DNA of 20,000 nucleotides from an uncultured virus (IMG/VR IMGVR_UViG_3300042869_000273) (taxonomy: Duplodnaviria > Heunggongvirae > Uroviricota > Caudoviricetes): the IMG/VR virus record IMGVR_UViG_3300042869_000273; one strand, 5' to 3'. This document shows, piece by piece, positions 6,893 to 14,633 of the stretch (position 1 is the first letter of the stretch; every line of letters begins with the position of its first letter). The notes beneath the pieces were generated by a model. That model was not told the DNA's origin, made no database searches, and saw nothing but the letters and a program-made list of their open reading frames with translations. The position numbers and the translations under genes are program-made.

Positions 6893-8218
6893 TTAAAACA
6901 TAAAACCTTTAGTAACTGTCTTAGTTCCTGAACGAACAGGGAATAAGTATTCAACAGCATATCTTAGTGCATCTGTCCAATGTTCTACATTTTCAGACTT
7001 AGATATTTGTGCTGTGTTTGGATTGTTCTCAACCCATACAGTTCTTTCAAGGGATCGAATTGTGTGTTCTGCTCGTGGATGAATATACATGTCTATATCA
7101 CCATTAGCATTCTTAAACTTACGATTAACAGCAGCTACAGAGTCTACAATAGGAGGAGCAGCTCTATGCGCTCTACAGACAATGCCATAGCTCTCTAAGA
7201 TAGAGAAATCAGTGGCTCCAGCAACAGCACTAGTCTTTCTAGCACGTCCTGCAGGGTCTGGATAAGCAAATATCCTGTGTCCCTTGTCTTTAAATTGTGT
7301 CTTAAGCTTCTTAGCTAATTGTTCGGTATCGAGTACATTCTGCATGTCCTCTAAGATATGTATTTGGCCAGCTCTAACAGCAAATACTACTGCAGCCATA
7401 ATACCAATGTTAAAGTCGATAGCTACATGCACATCTTCTTTGTTTGCTGTCTCTACATTGAAGTAAGGGAGATCAGCAGTAACATGGGTTCTACGGTCAA
7501 ACATGTAGAATACTTTAGCACCAGAGTCTTCAAATGAACACTCATACTCTCGGGCAAACTTCATAGGATCAATCAGACGCTTAGTCCTCTCGATCTCTTG
7601 TACAGATAAAAAGGGAGAGTCTCTGTAAGTATATCTAAAGGTTTTCCAACGATTATCCATTGTCTCAAAGTTAGTCATGTCATAAAAGTAGTTCATACCT
7701 TTAGGAGTACCAATAATGAGAGCCTTATGATTACCTGCCCAACGTGTAGTCATAGCAGGTTGAATGATAGACTCCCAAGACTCTTTAAGTCCTGGTTGAC
7801 CTGTCCAGTCAGAGACCTCATCCCCAACAACAAAGTATTGACCTGATCCTCGCATCCGTTCAGATGCTTCATAAGACCATAACTTAAGCTTAACATTATT
7901 TGGAAACCAGAATGTTCCAGCTGTCTGGGAAGACTTTTCAGCATAATCCTCTAGACCTAAGTTATAGGCTAATAGTGGCCAATAAATATCTAATGACTGT
8001 TGATATGTAGGGCAGATGATAGACACATTCTTATTAGGAACATCTTCATCCATCTCTAGCAGCTCATGCACAGCCATTGTAGCGGCAACACTAGCAAGGT
8101 AACTCTTACCAAAGCCTCGTGAGGCTACTGTAGCAGCATATCTTGTGCCGCCCTTCTCAGAGAATAAATACTTTAATACTTCTGACTGACCTCTGTGTAA
8201 TTTAATTTCATTTGACAT
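6893..8218 (-). CDS. terL: Terminase large subunit
   Basis: Q motif (LHRGQ), Walker A SRGFGKS, Walker B FVVGDE, coupling motif GTPKG, nuclease acidic residues AIDFN, YPDPAG, HWTDALRY. Confidence 0.96.
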   Translation of the reverse strand: MSNEIKLHRGQSEVLKYLFSEKGGTRYAATVASRGFGKSYLASVAATMAVHELLEMDEDVPNKNVSIICPTYQQSLDIYWPLLAYNLGLEDYAEKSSQTAGTFWFPNNVKLKLWSYEASERMRGSGQYFVVGDEVSDWTGQPGLKESWESIIQPAMTTRWAGNHKALIIGTPKGMNYFYDMTNFETMDNRWKTFRYTYRDSPFLSVQEIERTKRLIDPMKFAREYECSFEDSGAKVFYMFDRRTHVTADLPYFNVETANKEDVHVAIDFNIGIMAAVVFAVRAGQIHILEDMQNVLDTEQLAKKLKTQFKDKGHRIFAYPDPAGRARKTSAVAGATDFSILESYGIVCRAHRAAPPIVDSVAAVNRKFKNANGDIDMYIHPRAEHTIRSLERTVWVENNPNTAQISKSENVEHWTDALRYAVEYLFPVRSGTKTVTKGFMF

Positions 8219-8422
8219 TTAAACGTATAAGTCTACACTATCCTTAGTTAAGACACCTTTTTTATTCTTTGCATTAATCTCTTCAAGTTTTCGATAGAAC
8301 TCTGCTATCTCCATTCTAGCTTGGAGGCCTTCTCGGAATACTTTATCAGAAGCTTCCTTGAGTGCATTGTATTGTTCTTGGTACTTCTTTATGCTGTATT
8401 CAGCAGATGCTTGGACTCTCAT
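8219..8422 (-). CDS. Hypothetical coiled-coil protein
   Basis: 67-aa ORF with AAGGA RBS, stop abuts the terL start. Confidence 0.7.
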   Translation of the reverse strand: MRVQASAEYSIKKYQEQYNALKEASDKVFREGLQARMEIAEFYRKLEEINAKNKKGVLTKDSVDLYV

Positions 8423-8488
8423 AGCTTATCCTTAAAAATGTATACTTTATTACTAAAAAACTAATATTTAATTAATTTGTATACTTTG

Positions 8489-8887
8489 TTATTCGTTTGT
8501 AAACACAATTTTAAGAGGCTTTTTGTCCTCAATCACTTGTTCGGTCTTCTCAGGAACCTGTCTGTAACCATAGCGCATTAACGTGTTCATCACATTAGTT
8601 TGTATGTTCAATAGATTAGCCATAGCAACAGCAGAGAACCTTGTCTTGCCTTCTTCCATGTCCGTAACCTTATCCTGTACAGTGTAGTAGTGCTCCACTA
8701 GCTTCTCAATAGGATCAAATCCCAGTGTCTGAAGCTTCTTAACAGACTCCTTAGAGTATATAGTGGTAGTTCCCTTTGGACGTCCTTGTCCAGGTCGCAA
8801 GCCTCCACGCTGACCATAAGTAGTTCTAGCTTTATAGTCTTTACTCGTGGGATCAGGTGAAGACACTTTTTCATCAGTGTCTGACAT
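8489..8887 (-). CDS. Putative terminase small subunit
   Basis: GGLRPGQGRPKG motif common in small terminases, helical core, beta-like C-terminus (KPLKIVF), two genes upstream of terL. Confidence 0.65.
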   Translation of the reverse strand: MSDTDEKVSSPDPTSKDYKARTTYGQRGGLRPGQGRPKGTTTIYSKESVKKLQTLGFDPIEKLVEHYYTVQDKVTDMEEGKTRFSAVAMANLLNIQTNVMNTLMRYGYRQVPEKTEQVIEDKKPLKIVFTNE

Positions 8888-8890
8888 AGT

Positions 8891-9190
8891 TTATTTTCCT
8901 TGCATTGGGTTCTTTGAGTTGCGTCTAGCCACTGGTTTAGCAGAAGTCTTAACAACAGGAACAATATTATTGCTGTGTAATTGGATCTTTAGATCAGAGA
9001 TCATAGTGAGTAACTCATCTTTATCTCTAAGCAGTTTGTCAACTTTACCCTCTAACTTCTTCACCTCTGACATAAGAAGCTCAGTAAGTTTATCATGGGC
9101 CTCTTGGCGCTGCTTATCTTTGTTATGCAGGTAAGTCCAGAAGGCACCAGTACTTAACACAACAATAGCCACTTGTACGATTGATTCCAT
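8891..9190 (-). CDS. Membrane-anchored coiled-coil protein (99 aa)
   Basis: Preferred start MESIV at 9190 with AAGGA RBS; N-terminal TM then heptad pattern; first gene after the putative late promoter. Confidence 0.7.
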   Translation of the reverse strand: MESIVQVAIVVLSTGAFWTYLHNKDKQRQEAHDKLTELLMSEVKKLEGKVDKLLRDKDELLTMISDLKIQLHSNNIVPVVKTSAKPVARRNSKNPMQGK

Positions 9191-9229
9191 TTTAATTCCT
9201 TTAATTTTGGCGATTTCTATACACATCGG

Positions 9230-9266
9230 GAGGTACCCTCTATTGGTCGGGAGCCAATAGTACCTC
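9230..9266 (-). other. Bulged stem-loop in the late leader
   Basis: GAGGTAC-TATTGG-(CTCCCGA)-CCAATA-[GAGG]-GTACCTC. Confidence 0.6.
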
Positions 9267-9289
9267 TACACAAATGTTACAGAAACATC

Positions 9290-9398
9290 TAAAATAATAT
9301 TTTAAAGTACTCTTTAAAGTACTCCTTAAAAATATTTTATAATATTATTTTAATAATAACAACAATAACAATAATAATTTAAATATTATTATAATTAA
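9290..9398. repeat. Very AT-rich tract with tandem 12-mer TTTAAAGTACTC x2 (9301-9324) and an (AAT/AAC)n run
   Basis: Directly visible; no ORF. Confidence 0.8.
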
Positions 9399-9428
9399 CC
9401 CCCTAAATCCCCCTTTTGGATGGGATTC

Positions 9429-9449
9429 TCTCTTTAGCGTCCCCTGGTA
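9429..9449 (-). promoter_or_regulatory. Putative phage RNA polymerase (SP6/T7-type) promoter, copy 1; predicted +1 at 9432
   Basis: TACCAGGGGACGCTAAAGAGA, identical to the copy at 10065-10085; resembles SP6 ATTTAGGTGACACTATAGA; immediately downstream of a terminator. Confidence 0.75.
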
Positions 9450-9458
9450 GTTTTTAGC

Positions 9459-9541
9459 AAAAAAAAAAAAAAAGAAACCCCTCCAGAGTACCCCCTAACC
9501 ACCATCCCGAAGGACAGTAGCTAAGGAGCACCCTGGAGGGG
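9459..9541 (-). terminator. Very long intrinsic terminator: 30-bp stem, UUCG loop, UUUC-U15 tail
   Basis: 9478-9541 folds fully on the minus strand (22 Watson-Crick + 8 G-U), followed by TTTC and 15 T. Confidence 0.85.
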
Positions 9542-9570
9542 AATATAGGGTTATAGGCCCCTATCTGCCT

Positions 9571-10047
9571 TTATTCATAAAATATATGGGAAGAAATCTT
9601 TACTTTCTTTTCCAATTTATTACTCCAATATGGTTTAACATATGAAGCATGGTAGTGTGTAGCACCATAGGTTGGGTCTTTGGTATTCCCTACTAATGTA
9701 TTAAATGCTATTTGTTTAGCTAGACTCTCAGCTTCTATTTCCTTGAGTCTACCTCGTATCTTTAGTTTATCTAGGGTCCACGAGAATGCATGTGGTTGAT
9801 AAACTACTTCACAGATACTGCTCCCATGTTTACCTGACTTAAGCCTATTCAGGGTTACATGAGCAACAGCCTCTTGCCCTTTAATTGGTTGATTCCTAGC
9901 TTCATGATAAATATTTCTAGTTAGACACTCAACTTCACTGTTGTCTATATCCTGAACTATTGGTAACGACTTTATAACTATATGCTGATGAGCAACAGTT
10001 AATAAAAGAACTAAACCAAGAAGGACGAGTATTAGTCGTCTAGTCAT
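9571..10047 (-). CDS. Cell-wall hydrolase, SleB/Hydrolase_2 family, with N-terminal TM
   Basis: CLTRNIYHEARNQ, AVAHVTLNR, ICEVVYQ...FSW, DPTYGATHYHA, HIFY motifs. Confidence 0.92.
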   Translation of the reverse strand: MTRRLILVLLGLVLLLTVAHQHIVIKSLPIVQDIDNSEVECLTRNIYHEARNQPIKGQEAVAHVTLNRLKSGKHGSSICEVVYQPHAFSWTLDKLKIRGRLKEIEAESLAKQIAFNTLVGNTKDPTYGATHYHASYVKPYWSNKLEKKVKISSHIFYE

Positions 10048-10064
10048 AATAGTTGATCCTTATT

Positions 10065-10085
10065 TCTCTTTAGCGTCCCCTGGTA
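10065..10085 (-). promoter_or_regulatory. Putative phage RNA polymerase promoter, copy 2; predicted +1 at 10068
   Basis: Exact 21-bp copy, intergenic, followed by an AAGGA RBS and the hydrolase ATG at 10047. Confidence 0.75.
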
Positions 10086-10098
10086 ACTTAAGCCAGCC

Positions 10099-10395
10099 TT
10101 AGAGATATTTTCTTTTGTCTGCAAGGTCTTTACCATAGCTGACAATACACATTTGTTTACGATTGTCTTTTGGGGTAATAGTCAAGGCTAATGCGCCTTT
10201 AGTGTCTCTAAAGCTAACCCAGATATTCTCATCTTGATCAATCCAAGATAATTCTACTACTCCTCCAATTTTATCTAGTACCTGTTGAGTATCATTACAG
10301 TATACCGCAACAACCCTTTTAGCGTATTCCTCAGCTGCTTGAGCTGTGCTAACCACTAACAAAGCAACCAACACAACTGATTTGAAATTAAACAT
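10099..10395 (-). CDS. Hypothetical exported protein
   Basis: Signal peptide (...TAQA), two Cys, AAGGA RBS. Confidence 0.7.
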   Translation of the reverse strand: MFNFKSVVLVALLVVSTAQAAEEYAKRVVAVYCNDTQQVLDKIGGVVELSWIDQDENIWVSFRDTKGALALTITPKDNRKQMCIVSYGKDLADKRKYL

Positions 10396-10404
10396 TTTAG
10401 TTCC

Positions 10405-10626
10405 TTAACTAATAAAAACTGCTTTTTCCTGTTTATTAAATGGGTAACTATTGTTAGGAGTTACTAATTCATGAGGACCATAGTACCACTCATTGTTAAT
10501 GTCTAATGCAATTGTGCATGGACCAGTTCCTGCGATCTCAGTAACCCCTCCCTCATAACCAGCCTTAACGACTATTACCTCGGGGTCTAACTTACTGAGT
10601 TGTTCAATTAACTCTTTAACTTTCAT
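10405..10626 (-). CDS. Hypothetical protein
   Basis: MKVKELIEQLSKLDPE start typical of small phage proteins; tight packing. Confidence 0.75.
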   Translation of the reverse strand: MKVKELIEQLSKLDPEVIVVKAGYEGGVTEIAGTGPCTIALDINNEWYYGPHELVTPNNSYPFNKQEKAVFIS

Positions 10627-10627
10627 C

Positions 10628-10807
10628 TTAACCTAATTCTTTTAGCTCAATTGTTGACCATTCTATATTATGGTCTTTTAATGTATTATCATATTCCATT
10701 TTAAAGTTTTCTGCACCTTCACGAGTACGAAACACTTCTTCAAAGTGAGTATATTTTATACTATTGTGTAAAAATAAACCTTTAAATAACCATACTACAT
10801 CTTTCAT
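10628..10807 (-). CDS. Hypothetical protein (59 aa, MKDVVWLFKG...)
   Basis: Manually read; ATGA overlap with the upstream gene, fills the gap. Confidence 0.6.
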   Translation of the reverse strand: MKDVVWLFKGLFLHNSIKYTHFEEVFRTREGAENFKMEYDNTLKDHNIEWSTIELKELG

Positions 10808-11001
10808 TTAATTTGCTCCTGTTCATAATTTAATCCTAATTCCCTAGCATTCTCTGCTTTCCTTTCTAAAGCGTCTTGAGCTTTATCAAACTCTTTATCA
10901 TGCTCTTTCTGGCCTTTATCACGACCAAAGATTAAGTCCCATCTAGCTTCATACTGTTCTTGAGCTACATTGAATGGCCTTGGTCTAGATCCTTTACTCA
11001 T
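10804..11001 (-). CDS. Hypothetical protein (MSKGSRPRPF...)
   Basis: Preferred start 11001, just after the upstream stop. Confidence 0.7.
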   Translation of the reverse strand: MSKGSRPRPFNVAQEQYEARWDLIFGRDKGQKEHDKEFDKAQDALERKAENARELGLNYEQEQIK

Positions 11002-11003
11002 AT

Positions 11004-11507
11004 TTAATCCCATAATGCTTGATAATACTTTCCAAATAGCCTAAATCCATTTTGGATTCTAGCCTCGTGTTTTTCTAGACCTTCCATATCTATCTTAAAG
11101 GTATCGTTTGGTCCTCTTACCATTTCAGAATAAAAAGGATATTCTTTTGATTTAATAAACTGGAGATCATGTGTCCCTGAATAAAACTCTTTATCATGAT
11201 CAATGTCAATTTTGGTTTTAAATGACCAGATCATTTCATCCATGATCCAGTCCCATCTCTTAAACCAATTTTCATCTGTATCCCACTCGTTTTCTTTAGG
11301 TGGGGCACTTGTACTTTTAAGATAATCAGGAACATCATCATCATCTATATTAGGACTACCCTGTTTCTTTTCTTTAAGCAAAAGAAGAGCAGGATGAATA
11401 ATATAGGCTAATGTATGATCTAGACTCCAGATATCATAGTTGTCAATTGTGACATCAATCTCTCGATCAAGGTCATCATCTCGATACTCTCCAATTAATA
11501 CTTTCAT
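11004..11507 (-). CDS. Hypothetical acidic phage protein
   Basis: 167-aa ORF coupled to neighbours; DIWSLDHTLA...RWDWIMDEMIWSF...GFRLFGKYYQALWD. Confidence 0.8.
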   Translation of the reverse strand: MKVLIGEYRDDDLDREIDVTIDNYDIWSLDHTLAYIIHPALLLLKEKKQGSPNIDDDDVPDYLKSTSAPPKENEWDTDENWFKRWDWIMDEMIWSFKTKIDIDHDKEFYSGTHDLQFIKSKEYPFYSEMVRGPNDTFKIDMEGLEKHEARIQNGFRLFGKYYQALWD

Positions 11508-11800
11508 ATAACCTTTGCGTTAATAAGATCACCTGTACTATCAAACTCTAACTCAAGATTCTCTATTTCACCATGAGTAGCTACTTTAAATATAGGTGCT
11601 CTGCCAATCTGGATTACACTATACCTATAAATTTTGTTTTTAGGCGTTTCTCTATACTCTACATTTTCATTAAAGCTAGGGAAATTACCACCCATTACTG
11701 ATAGTCTAGGCACATCAACCCATTCACCTAAGCTATAGTACTGAATTTGCTTATCTTCTAGATAGGCAATAATTAAATCATGATGAGGATGAATTTTCAT
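11504..11800 (-). CDS. Hypothetical protein
   Basis: 98-aa ORF overlapping neighbours in the operon direction. Confidence 0.7.
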   Translation of the reverse strand: MKIHPHHDLIIAYLEDKQIQYYSLGEWVDVPRLSVMGGNFPSFNENVEYRETPKNKIYRYSVIQIGRAPIFKVATHGEIENLELEFDSTGDLINAKVI

Positions 11801-12026
11801 ACATTTCCTGTGTAATATAGTTGTTTCTCATTAGCTGATTCCTTACATCGGTAGGTAAGAAATAAACACCATCATAGTCTTCTAGTTGCATATCTTTATC
11901 AAACCAAAGACCGCCTCCATTTTCGTCACCAACAATCTTATCTTCAAACCAACCATATCTAGCGTTAGTATTAATCCATATCTCAAACTTATTAGTTGAG
12001 AGGTTTATGCTTTGTGAATTCAACAC
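11778..12026 (-). CDS. Hypothetical protein
   Basis: 82-aa ORF filling the gap; start uncertain. Confidence 0.6.
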   Translation of the reverse strand: MLNSQSINLSTNKFEIWINTNARYGWFEDKIVGDENGGGLWFDKDMQLEDYDGVYFLPTDVRNQLMRNNYITQEMYENSSSS

Positions 12027-12621
12027 TTACCTCCTCTGGATAAACTAAATTGTAAATAGTATTTAATGTTTCAAAAGTACTATCAGACAATTGCCCAACT
12101 ACAACACTAGTAGTAATCCATCGATTTACTAAGTCTGGTCTACCTTCATGCCCAATACAAAATCCCTTTAACCGATCATGAATACCATCAGATGAAACAG
12201 CTTCATTATCTAGTTTAACAACTAAAATAGCTAAAGGTTTACTCTTACGAAACTCTAACTCATCCCTAAATACTTTAACTAGGTGTTGACGAGCATAGCC
12301 TTCATCAAGAATCTTTTCAATATGATTCGTTGATAAATGCTTTAGCTTTGCCCATACGAGTGGTCCTTTACCTTCTTTGCCATAAGTACCCCATCGAAGC
12401 CAATCACGAATTTTAGCATGGGGATCATCATCATAAACTGACAAGTCTTCTCCATTATCTTCATCATGCCATGTTCTACGAATGTACTGGACACCACCAT
12501 CCACCATATACAACTTACCATTAGCATCTGTGTGTTCTACGTAATCATGCACATGACAGGATTGTAGTACAGTACCGTCTGGTGTCCTCATTACATTAGC
12601 CAATAATTTACGTTCATTCAC
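11992..12621 (-). CDS. Hypothetical protein, probably two domains
   Basis: 209-aa ORF; N-terminal S-x-H-x-HDY...VDGG and C-terminal GH...ITTS...ETLNTIY segments. Confidence 0.75.
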   Translation of the reverse strand: MNERKLLANVMRTPDGTVLQSCHVHDYVEHTDANGKLYMVDGGVQYIRRTWHDEDNGEDLSVYDDDPHAKIRDWLRWGTYGKEGKGPLVWAKLKHLSTNHIEKILDEGYARQHLVKVFRDELEFRKSKPLAILVVKLDNEAVSSDGIHDRLKGFCIGHEGRPDLVNRWITTSVVVGQLSDSTFETLNTIYNLVYPEEVSVEFTKHKPLN

Positions 12622-12803
12622 TTAATATCTCCACTATTAGTTAGCCATTCAAATGTATTCCATAATTGTTTAAATTTTAAATCATAGTATTTTGCTAATA
12701 CTTCAAGATCATTCTCGTTATCTATTCTACGAATATCCTCAATCACATTCATACATGCAAGGATGTCTTGCTCAAGGTCGATTCTTGTGGTTTCTTTTTC
12801 CAT
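12618..12803 (-). CDS. Hypothetical protein
   Basis: 61-aa ORF overlapping the next gene by ATGA/GTGA-type coupling. Confidence 0.7.
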   Translation of the reverse strand: MEKETTRIDLEQDILACMNVIEDIRRIDNENDLEVLAKYYDLKFKQLWNTFEWLTNSGDIK

Positions 12804-12907
12804 ACAATATAAATTCCATTTGAGTTAAGTTTAGCCCATTCAATAGCCTCTTTACGAGTCTTGAATATCTTATCAGGATTTCCTTTTGTTCTACAAATCC
12901 ACTTCAT
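12749..12907 (-). CDS. Possible small protein (52 aa, MKWICRTKGNPDKIFKTRKEAIEWAK...)
   Basis: Manually read; fills the 12804-12890 gap but overlaps both neighbours. Confidence 0.45.
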   Translation of the reverse strand: MKWICRTKGNPDKIFKTRKEAIEWAKLNSNGIYIVWKKKPQESTLSKTSLHV

Positions 12908-13103
12908 TTTCAGCTTTCCAAATATTTATTTCAGATGGTGTCATATAGTATTCCAATATTGCTTGTATGTGAGGTAAAATACTTCTGTCTAAAACATTAT
13001 TATTTGAACTGTGAGTATTAATAAACTTATAGTTTGCCTTTAATTCTTCAACAATTATTAAGTCAATTTGTTCAGGTTCTAAATCAATAGTTACTCTAGT
13101 CAT
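12891..13103 (-). CDS. Hypothetical protein
   Basis: 70-aa ORF with ATGA overlap to the upstream small gene. Confidence 0.7.
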   Translation of the reverse strand: MTRVTIDLEPEQIDLIIVEELKANYKFINTHSSNNNVLDRSILPHIQAILEYYMTPSEINIWKAENEVDL

Positions 13104-13246
13104 TTTGCTGCTTCCATATATAATCCTACGTTACCTAATGCATAACCTACAAAGGCAATACCTAATCCTGTACTGCCCTTCATAAGTAAATCGATTGCTA
13201 CTACAGTGTATACAACACCTACTACTCCGATCAACCAGGCGCTCAT
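13100..13246 (-). CDS. Small two-TM membrane protein (48 aa, MSAWLIGVVGVVYTVVAIDLLMKGSTGLGIAFVGYALGNVGLYMEAAK)
   Basis: Manually read; ATGA overlaps at both ends, GAGGA RBS. Confidence 0.75.
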   Translation of the reverse strand: MSAWLIGVVGVVYTVVAIDLLMKGSTGLGIAFVGYALGNVGLYMEAAK

Positions 13247-13467
13247 TTTATTTCCTCATAAATAGTGTCATTATATGTGTCTTTAAAAGACCATACTCGA
13301 TTACAAGAAGAACAGCTTAACTTACCTGTAGTTACACTTAAGTCTACTGCTAAATTATTTCCTTCTTTATCATACATAGGTGCAGAATACCCACCTGTCC
13401 TAGCAGTATCAGTAAGCGTAAACTTACAGTCACTTCTCATACAGTCTAACAGTTTAAAAGTTTTCAT
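13243..13467 (-). CDS. Small putative Zn-ribbon protein
   Basis: C-x4-C and C-x2-C pairs in 74 aa. Confidence 0.65.
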   Translation of the reverse strand: MKTFKLLDCMRSDCKFTLTDTARTGGYSAPMYDKEGNNLAVDLSVTTGKLSCSSCNRVWSFKDTYNDTIYEEIK

Positions 13468-13769
13468 GTGTGTTCAATTATTTTAATACCAGCCTCTTTA
13501 ATAGCTGACATACATATCGGACAAGGTTTAGCATTTAATGGATCACCCTGTCTGCCGTATCTAGCTACAAAGATTCTGTAAGCTTTGTTTAAATCCTTAC
13601 ATTTAAGAATAGCATGTACCTCTGCGTGTAAATATATTTTGTATGGTTCACCAACCCCCACAGCATGTTTTGCCATAAGAGGGTGGCTTTTTACATAATT
13701 ATTTTGACCTACAGAAAGTACACGTCCCTTCTTATCATATAAGATAGCAGTCAGGGTGTGTTTAGTCAT
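13464..13769 (-). CDS. Cytidine/dCMP deaminase-like Zn-dependent protein
   Basis: HAE and PCPIC zinc-binding motifs. Confidence 0.85.
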   Translation of the reverse strand: MTKHTLTAILYDKKGRVLSVGQNNYVKSHPLMAKHAVGVGEPYKIYLHAEVHAILKCKDLNKAYRIFVARYGRQGDPLNAKPCPICMSAIKEAGIKIIEHT

Positions 13770-14056
13770 TACTCGTAATCGTAATCCCAGTCAATCTCTT
13801 TTTGGTTTAAAAATGCATCACTAATTTCATCAAGAATATCTTCTCTAATGATATCTGTAACATCTACCCCTTTAAGACTAACAGAGATTACATCTGCTAC
13901 CGCATCATAGTCTGGTTCAAGTTGTAAGCCTGTACCATATTCTCGAGAACCCTTTTCACCTGGCTCATACTCAATTTTACAATCAAGGAATAAACTTCCA
14001 TATTTAAAAGTATAATCATGTGTAAGATCTCTAAAATAAACTTTAGTTGTACTCAT
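13769..14056 (-). CDS. Hypothetical acidic protein
   Basis: 95-aa ORF, GAGG RBS, TAATG overlap with the deaminase. Confidence 0.7.
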   Translation of the reverse strand: MSTTKVYFRDLTHDYTFKYGSLFLDCKIEYEPGEKGSREYGTGLQLEPDYDAVADVISVSLKGVDVTDIIREDILDEISDAFLNQKEIDWDYDYE

Positions 14057-14057
14057 A

Positions 14058-14201
14058 TTACCTCATGTGTAAAGCTTGGATTAGGATATTAATGGACTGG
14101 ATTACCATTTGTTGTCGTTGGATTCCTAACTTATGCCAATCAGGTAAAGGCTCAGGCCATTTAGCACGAATAGCATCATAGTATTTTTCTACATCGCTCA
14201 T
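14058..14201 (-). CDS. Hypothetical protein (47 aa, MSDVEKYYDAIRAKWPEPLPDW...)
   Basis: Manually read; ATGA overlap, fills the gap exactly. Confidence 0.65.
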   Translation of the reverse strand: MSDVEKYYDAIRAKWPEPLPDWHKLGIQRQQMVIQSINILIQALHMR

Positions 14202-14416
14202 TCTAACTTCAACTCCATTTCACAATAAACATCATCATTGAAACGTTCAGCAACCCACTCTTCAGGATCACCTGTTCTAGCTTTCTTTATACCATAAGGT
14301 ATACCATCAAAATAGTATTCATAAAGGTCTTGAAATAATTCGTCTGACATATCCCATCTTTCTAAAAAATTAGGAATTTCTTTCTTGTGCTTTTCACATA
14401 TTTCAGTTAGTGTCAT
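14198..14416 (-). CDS. Hypothetical acidic protein
   Basis: 72-aa ORF; LYEYY...PYGIKKARTGDPEEWV. Confidence 0.7.
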   Translation of the reverse strand: MTLTEICEKHKKEIPNFLERWDMSDELFQDLYEYYFDGIPYGIKKARTGDPEEWVAERFNDDVYCEMELKLE

Positions 14417-14633
14417 AAATCTGTTCTGCTAAATTACAGATGTCCCAGAATGGTGCTCTACGGATTGATGCATTATCTGGCAATTCAATCCAAAAGTCAT
14501 TCCAGAAATAAGGAGTATTCATCTTCATATTGCGATCAATATAATACTTTCTTACAGTATTAAAAATATGAATATAGTAATCATGAGCATAAACTAACTC
14601 AACTACTTTTGCATGTTCTTCATCTGAGATCAT
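14403..14633 (-). CDS. Hypothetical protein
   Basis: ORF-track protein; ATG at 14633 preferred. Confidence 0.65.
   Translation of the reverse strand: MISDEEHAKVVELVYAHDYYIHIFNTVRKYYIDRNMKMNTPYFWNDFWIELPDNASIRRAPFWDICNLAEQIYDTN

Noticed and set aside
9290..9400. CRISPR array or mini-array
   Set aside because: Only a 12-bp tandem duplication and low-complexity triplets; no repeat-spacer periodicity and no cas genes.
9429..10085. 21-bp direct repeats as att sites or target-site duplication of a mobile element
   Set aside because: No integrase or transposase nearby; similarity to SP6-type promoters and placement before an RBS fit promoters better, though recombination between them is not excluded.
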